Shown piece by piece: positions 60,224-64,000 of a stretch of 64,000 bases of DNA. Within the stretch, counting starts at the first letter, position 1. Each line of letters starts with the position of its first letter. The translations under genes were made by a program, and so were the position numbers. The stretch comes from Nitrospirota bacterium (GTDB lineage: Bacteria > Nitrospirota > UBA9217): assembly GCA_963737155.1 (NCBI GenBank), contig CAVTRN010000001.1:960001-1024000 (forward strand), in the 5' to 3' direction. The notes beneath the pieces are model-generated. The model searched no databases. It was given only the letters and a program-made list of their open reading frames with translations, and had not been told where the DNA came from.

Positions 60224-61054
60224 ATGACGGACAAAAAAAATCTCATTCGGAGACTTTCCCTGGCCGCATACTTTGTGGCGGCGTTTCTGGTTTTCCTGCT
60301 TCTGCTCTTTCCCTTTGACCGCGTAACGGAAAACCTGGTGGGCCAGGTCCGTCAGCGAACCGCTCTCGAACTGACCGTGTCCCGCATCTCACCGCTGTTC
60401 TTTAACAGCGTCATGCTGACCGATGTGGTTCTCGCTGATCAGAAAGGCAAAGTTCTGTTCGGGAGTCCCTCCATCAGGACCTCGGTATCGCTCTTCAGCC
60501 TGCTTCGCGGAGTTCTCTCCCTGGACATAAAAGCTAAAGCCTATGGTGGGGTTCTCCTAGTCAAAGCGCAGCAGGGGGCCGGCCAACAGAAAGTTCTGAT
60601 CGACGCGGACGGTCTGGATATCGCAACTTACCACCCGTTGAAGGATTTCGGCTTGAACCTTTCCGGAAAGCTAGGTGGTAACGTGGAGATGAGCGACGAT
60701 GCGGGAAAAGGGCGGTTGTGGCTCAAGGGACTGACGTCCCGTGCGCTTACGATAAAGGGTTTTCCCATTCCCGATCTTGATTTCGACCAGTGCTGGTTCG
60801 AAGCAGACATCAAAGGGGACAGGCTGACGATCAAAAAGCTGGAACTCGACGGCAAGGAACTCAAAGTCCAGTGTCTCGGCGATGTTGTGCTCCGCGAGCG
60901 CGGCACGCTTAACCTGACCATAAAGCTGAAGCCGTCAGAGCGCCTGGCCCAGCAGCAGCCAGCGATATTTTCCCTGCTCAAGCACAAGGATGCCAACGGA
61001 TATTACCAGTTCAGCCTCGGCGGCACGCTGGCTGACCCACTGCCGAGACTGTAA
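60224..61054 (+). CDS. gspN: T2SS protein N
   Basis: N-terminal TM ending FPFD, beta-rich body, C-terminal GTLADP; last gene of operon. Confidence 0.8.
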   Translation: MTDKKNLIRRLSLAAYFVAAFLVFLLLLFPFDRVTENLVGQVRQRTALELTVSRISPLFFNSVMLTDVVLADQKGKVLFGSPSIRTSVSLFSLLRGVLSLDIKAKAYGGVLLVKAQQGAGQQKVLIDADGLDIATYHPLKDFGLNLSGKLGGNVEMSDDAGKGRLWLKGLTSRALTIKGFPIPDLDFDQCWFEADIKGDRLTIKKLELDGKELKVQCLGDVVLRERGTLNLTIKLKPSERLAQQQPAIFSLLKHKDANGYYQFSLGGTLADPLPRL

Positions 61055-61219
61055 GATAGGATAAAGCGCAAGGATTCCAATAAGCGCTACACCCTAAACG
61101 CTGAGTCAAACGAAATGGTTTTAAAAGTAAATGCCATCTTTCTACGATACCAGTTTAGCTTGTAATTCCTTGTAACATACTACAGGTGCCTTTTATATGA
61201 ATATCACCTTATAGAGGTA

Positions 61220-61291
61220 GGGGCATGAGAAACCTGCAGTTTCTCATGCCCTTACCCTTGCTTCCTCGCAGCTTGCTGCGTGGGGATTCAT
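61220..61291 (+). repeat. perfect hairpin followed by an IS200/IS605-type right-end palindrome
   Basis: GGGCATGAGAAAC-CTGCA-GTTTCTCATGCCC; CGCAGCTTGCTGCG (61267-61280) then TTCAT. Confidence 0.55.
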
Positions 61292-61425
61292 TTAAACACC
61301 TCTTCCGGCTACTGGACGTTATCTGCCTCTGATCGGTTTTTCACTCTTACCTGTATTCGTATCATCATTCAACTCGCTATTCACTTTTATGCACCCTTCA
61401 GCAATCTGCGCCATACCGCGCAAAA

Positions 61426-61442
61426 TGCTCATTTTATGTGCG
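61426..61442. promoter_or_regulatory. possible NtrC-type enhancer site
   Basis: TGCTCATTTTATGTGCG resembles TGCACC-N5-GGTGCA, ~120 nt upstream of a sigma54 promoter. Confidence 0.35.
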
Positions 61443-61558
61443 TCTGATTAAAAGAAAGTCTCGCATTATGGCGGTTAAGGTCCCCGGATCATGCCAATCC
61501 CGTGTTAACATCAGCGTAAAATCAATATTTTACGGTAAAATAACTGGCAATACGCTGT

Positions 61559-61574
61559 TGGCATGAGCATTGCT
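61559..61574 (+). promoter_or_regulatory. sigma54 (-24/-12) promoter
   Basis: TGGCAT-GAGCA-TTGCT, matching TGGCAC-N5-TTGCW. Confidence 0.8.
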
Positions 61575-61700
61575 AATTAGTTAACCATGTCAATTATATA
61601 AATGCAGCTGTACGAAAGCTCCGCAGGCTTTCTAAAACTAGTGCTCATCACAGTCGCGGACATCAGGAATACATATCACATTATTTTAAAGGAGGAGAAG

Positions 61701-62900
61701 ATGAAAAAAGTTATGAGCTTTATGTGCTCCGCACTGATTGCGGGCACAGCGGTATTTGTAGCACCGGTTTTCGCGGATGACGCAAAGCCGGCAGGTTTGA
61801 ACCCGGTAGATGTGAAGAACGCGCTGGGCATGAGCATCTATCTGCAAGGTGGTTATACCATCAACGAGAATGCAAGCGGTCCGGCAGGAGGAGCGGGTTT
61901 TAATGACCTGCGGGGATTTGATCAGCAAGCGAACAGCTTCAATCTTGATATGGCGGAAGTCGTGTTTTCCAAGGATCCTGCGGCAGGCCTAATCGGGTAC
62001 CATGTGAAGATTATGACCGGAGAAACAGCGAAGCTGATGAATGCGGCGGGAGTGGGAGATGCAGGCCCTGGTGCAACGGGTGCTATAGACTTAACCGAAG
62101 CATACATGAGCTACACTGCACCGGTTGGCAAGGGGCTGCGGTTCGATATCGGGAAGATGGTCACTTTCGTAGGCGCCGAAGTAATTGAGGCGATCGACAA
62201 TCCTAATTATTCCCGGTCATTGCTGTTTACCTGGGCGGAACCCCTTACCCATACCGGCGTGAAGGCGAGCTATGTGTTCAACGATAACGTAAATGCAGCG
62301 GTGTTCCTGGTGAACGGCTGGGACAATGCCTCGGACAACAACATCGGTAAGACGGTCGGCTTGAGCGTCAATCTTGCGGACGGCGATCCACTCTCGGCGT
62401 CTATCAATTATCTCCAGGGCCCGGAAACGACGAACGATAATCATGACAATCGCACCCTGCTCGACCTTGTAGCTACGATCAAACCGATAAAGCCTTTGTC
62501 AATCATTCTGAATTACGACAATGTCACACAAGACAATACCGGCGCTGTAGCGTTGGCACAGACCGGTTTCCCGGGCTCGGTGAGATTGTCCGGTTTTTCT
62601 GGCATCATAAAGTACGATATCAATGACACCTACAGCATCTCGGTTCGTGGTGAGTCCGTTAACGATGGTGATGGTTACATTGGTTACATTGATGAAGCTC
62701 CCGGTACGCCCGGTATGCTGGGTACGCCGGGTACGCCGCAGGAATTGACCGAATTCACGTTGACTCCGGAGATCCGTCTGGGCGGCGGTTTAATTGTGAG
62801 GCCTGAGTATCGTCATGATGCGTCGAACAAAGAAACGTTTGACAACAGCACAAAGAAATCACAGGATACTTACACGCTCGCTGCAATGTATCGGTGGTAG
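61701..62900 (+). CDS. outer-membrane beta-barrel porin (DUF1597/BBP2-like)
   Basis: Signal peptide; GKMVTFVGAE, NYSRS, HTGV, NGWD, RPEYRHD; terminal aromatic residue. Confidence 0.85.
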   Translation: MKKVMSFMCSALIAGTAVFVAPVFADDAKPAGLNPVDVKNALGMSIYLQGGYTINENASGPAGGAGFNDLRGFDQQANSFNLDMAEVVFSKDPAAGLIGYHVKIMTGETAKLMNAAGVGDAGPGATGAIDLTEAYMSYTAPVGKGLRFDIGKMVTFVGAEVIEAIDNPNYSRSLLFTWAEPLTHTGVKASYVFNDNVNAAVFLVNGWDNASDNNIGKTVGLSVNLADGDPLSASINYLQGPETTNDNHDNRTLLDLVATIKPIKPLSIILNYDNVTQDNTGAVALAQTGFPGSVRLSGFSGIIKYDINDTYSISVRGESVNDGDGYIGYIDEAPGTPGMLGTPGTPQELTEFTLTPEIRLGGGLIVRPEYRHDASNKETFDNSTKKSQDTYTLAAMYRW

Positions 62901-62969
62901 GGATTTGTTCAGAATCTGACATTATAAATGCTCAATAAAAGGTACCTGACCTTAAACAAGGAGAATATT

Positions 62970-64000
62970 ATGGCTAACGAACAGCAACCTATAACGAGAG
63001 GAACGCTCGGGTTGACGGGCCTTACGATGAACGCAATGGCGCTGATCGCTCCCGGCGCGTTCCTGTGGCTGACCTTCCAAATGCAATCGCTTTACGGCGC
63101 GCCGATGGCGGGCATATCCATGTGGGCAGGCATTTTCTTCGCCCTGCTCCTGTGCTTCGCCACAGCCATCAGCTATGCTGAACTGGCAAAACTCTATCCG
63201 GGCCCCGGTTCGTCCTATCTGTACGCTGAGCAGGCGTACCTTTCAAAGACGCACGCATACAAGTTCGCCCGGGTCGCCAAGTTTATTACGGGCTGGGCAA
63301 GCCACCTTTACTATTGGGTGTATCCTGGGGTGATGGTTGGCGTGACGGCAATCCTGGGCGGCTATCTGGTGAGCATTTTTTTCCCGGACACTTTCAGCGG
63401 CACGTATAACAGCCCGCTGTTCATGATCCTTTTCTCCGTCGTGTTTGCTCTCGGCGTGGCCTATATTGCCTACCGGGGTGTGACCGGAACCACGGCCGTT
63501 AACATTGTGATCAATATCATCCAGATCTCAGCTCTCCTCATCTTCTCCGTGATCGCGATCGGCTATCGGGTCCAGCATCCGCAGGGCTCGACCGGGCTCC
63601 ATTTGTCCAATGGCGTGGCGGTGAACTATCAGGTTGCGCAGGTTATGCAGAAAGACGACAAAGGCAATCCTGTGCCGGTGATGGACGCCAACGGTAAACC
63701 GTCCATGGACAAGGACAATAAACCGGTCTATCAGATGGTGGATGCGCAGGACAAAGATGGCAATCCCGTGCCGGCTGACAAGGACGGTAAGGCCGTGACC
63801 GATCTGAAGCTTGCTGCTCCATTTACGGTAGACTATACCGAAGGAGCGATCACGAAGGATGACAAGGGGAACCTGACGTTTAACTATCACAAGGACGCAA
63901 AATCCGTCATCGGTCTGCACGGATTCAACTTCGTCTTCATTCAGGCTGCGATCGCGATTCTGATCCTGGTCGGTTTCGAATCCATTACCTCTATGGCGCA
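62970..64000 (+). CDS. APC-family amino acid/amine permease, truncated by window end
   Basis: AAGGAG RBS; LGLTGLTMNAMALIAPGAF, SYAELAKLYPGPGSSY, LILVGFES; absent from ORF track because no stop lies in the window. Confidence 0.88.
   Translation, partial: MANEQQPITRGTLGLTGLTMNAMALIAPGAFLWLTFQMQSLYGAPMAGISMWAGIFFALLLCFATAISYAELAKLYPGPGSSYLYAEQAYLSKTHAYKFARVAKFITGWASHLYYWVYPGVMVGVTAILGGYLVSIFFPDTFSGTYNSPLFMILFSVVFALGVAYIAYRGVTGTTAVNIVINIIQISALLIFSVIAIGYRVQHPQGSTGLHLSNGVAVNYQVAQVMQKDDKGNPVPVMDANGKPSMDKDNKPVYQMVDAQDKDGNPVPADKDGKAVTDLKLAAPFTVDYTEGAITKDDKGNLTFNYHKDAKSVIGLHGFNFVFIQAAIAILILVGFESITSMA

Noticed and set aside
1-64000. tRNA, rRNA, prophage or anti-phage defence genes
   Set aside because: None recognised by inspection; tRNAscan-SE and DefenseFinder would be needed to exclude them formally

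Overview
Bacterial chromosomal segment of moderate GC with AT-rich patches. Gene order and content resemble Nitrospirota or Desulfobacterota; this is an inference, not a database result. Core blocks: adk; rho-rpmE-DUF1385-prfA-prmC-murA-hisD-hisG; hisC-hisB-hisH-hisA-hisF, separated from hisG by an ~8 kb accessory island; a LonC-type protease; a tRNA nucleotidyltransferase; namZ plus a MurU-AmgK fusion; a complete gspC-N type II secretion operon; and a sigma54-driven porin plus APC permease that runs off the window end. The island contains an attC site, attC-like half sites, a phospholipase A, a DUF5671 pair, a DHFR-like protein, an orphan mreB, a MITE and an IS110 remnant. Most notable: (1) a Tat-exported Rieske plus split cytochrome b6/subunit IV module with no cytochrome c, interrupted by an ORF-less group II intron remnant and followed by a TusA-YeeE-DsrE-DsrF-like-DsrH-like sulfur-trafficking (YTD-like) cluster; (2) an unannotated ~123-nt rod-shaped RNA candidate with its own promoter at 919-1041; (3) an integrase-less integron-cassette island; (4) a complete IS4 whose transposase is broken only by two amber codons; (5) dispersed IS200/IS605-type palindromic miniature elements and degenerate ~7-nt repeats, some inside coding sequences. 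All calls come from reading the sequence and the ORF track; no searches or folding programs were run.
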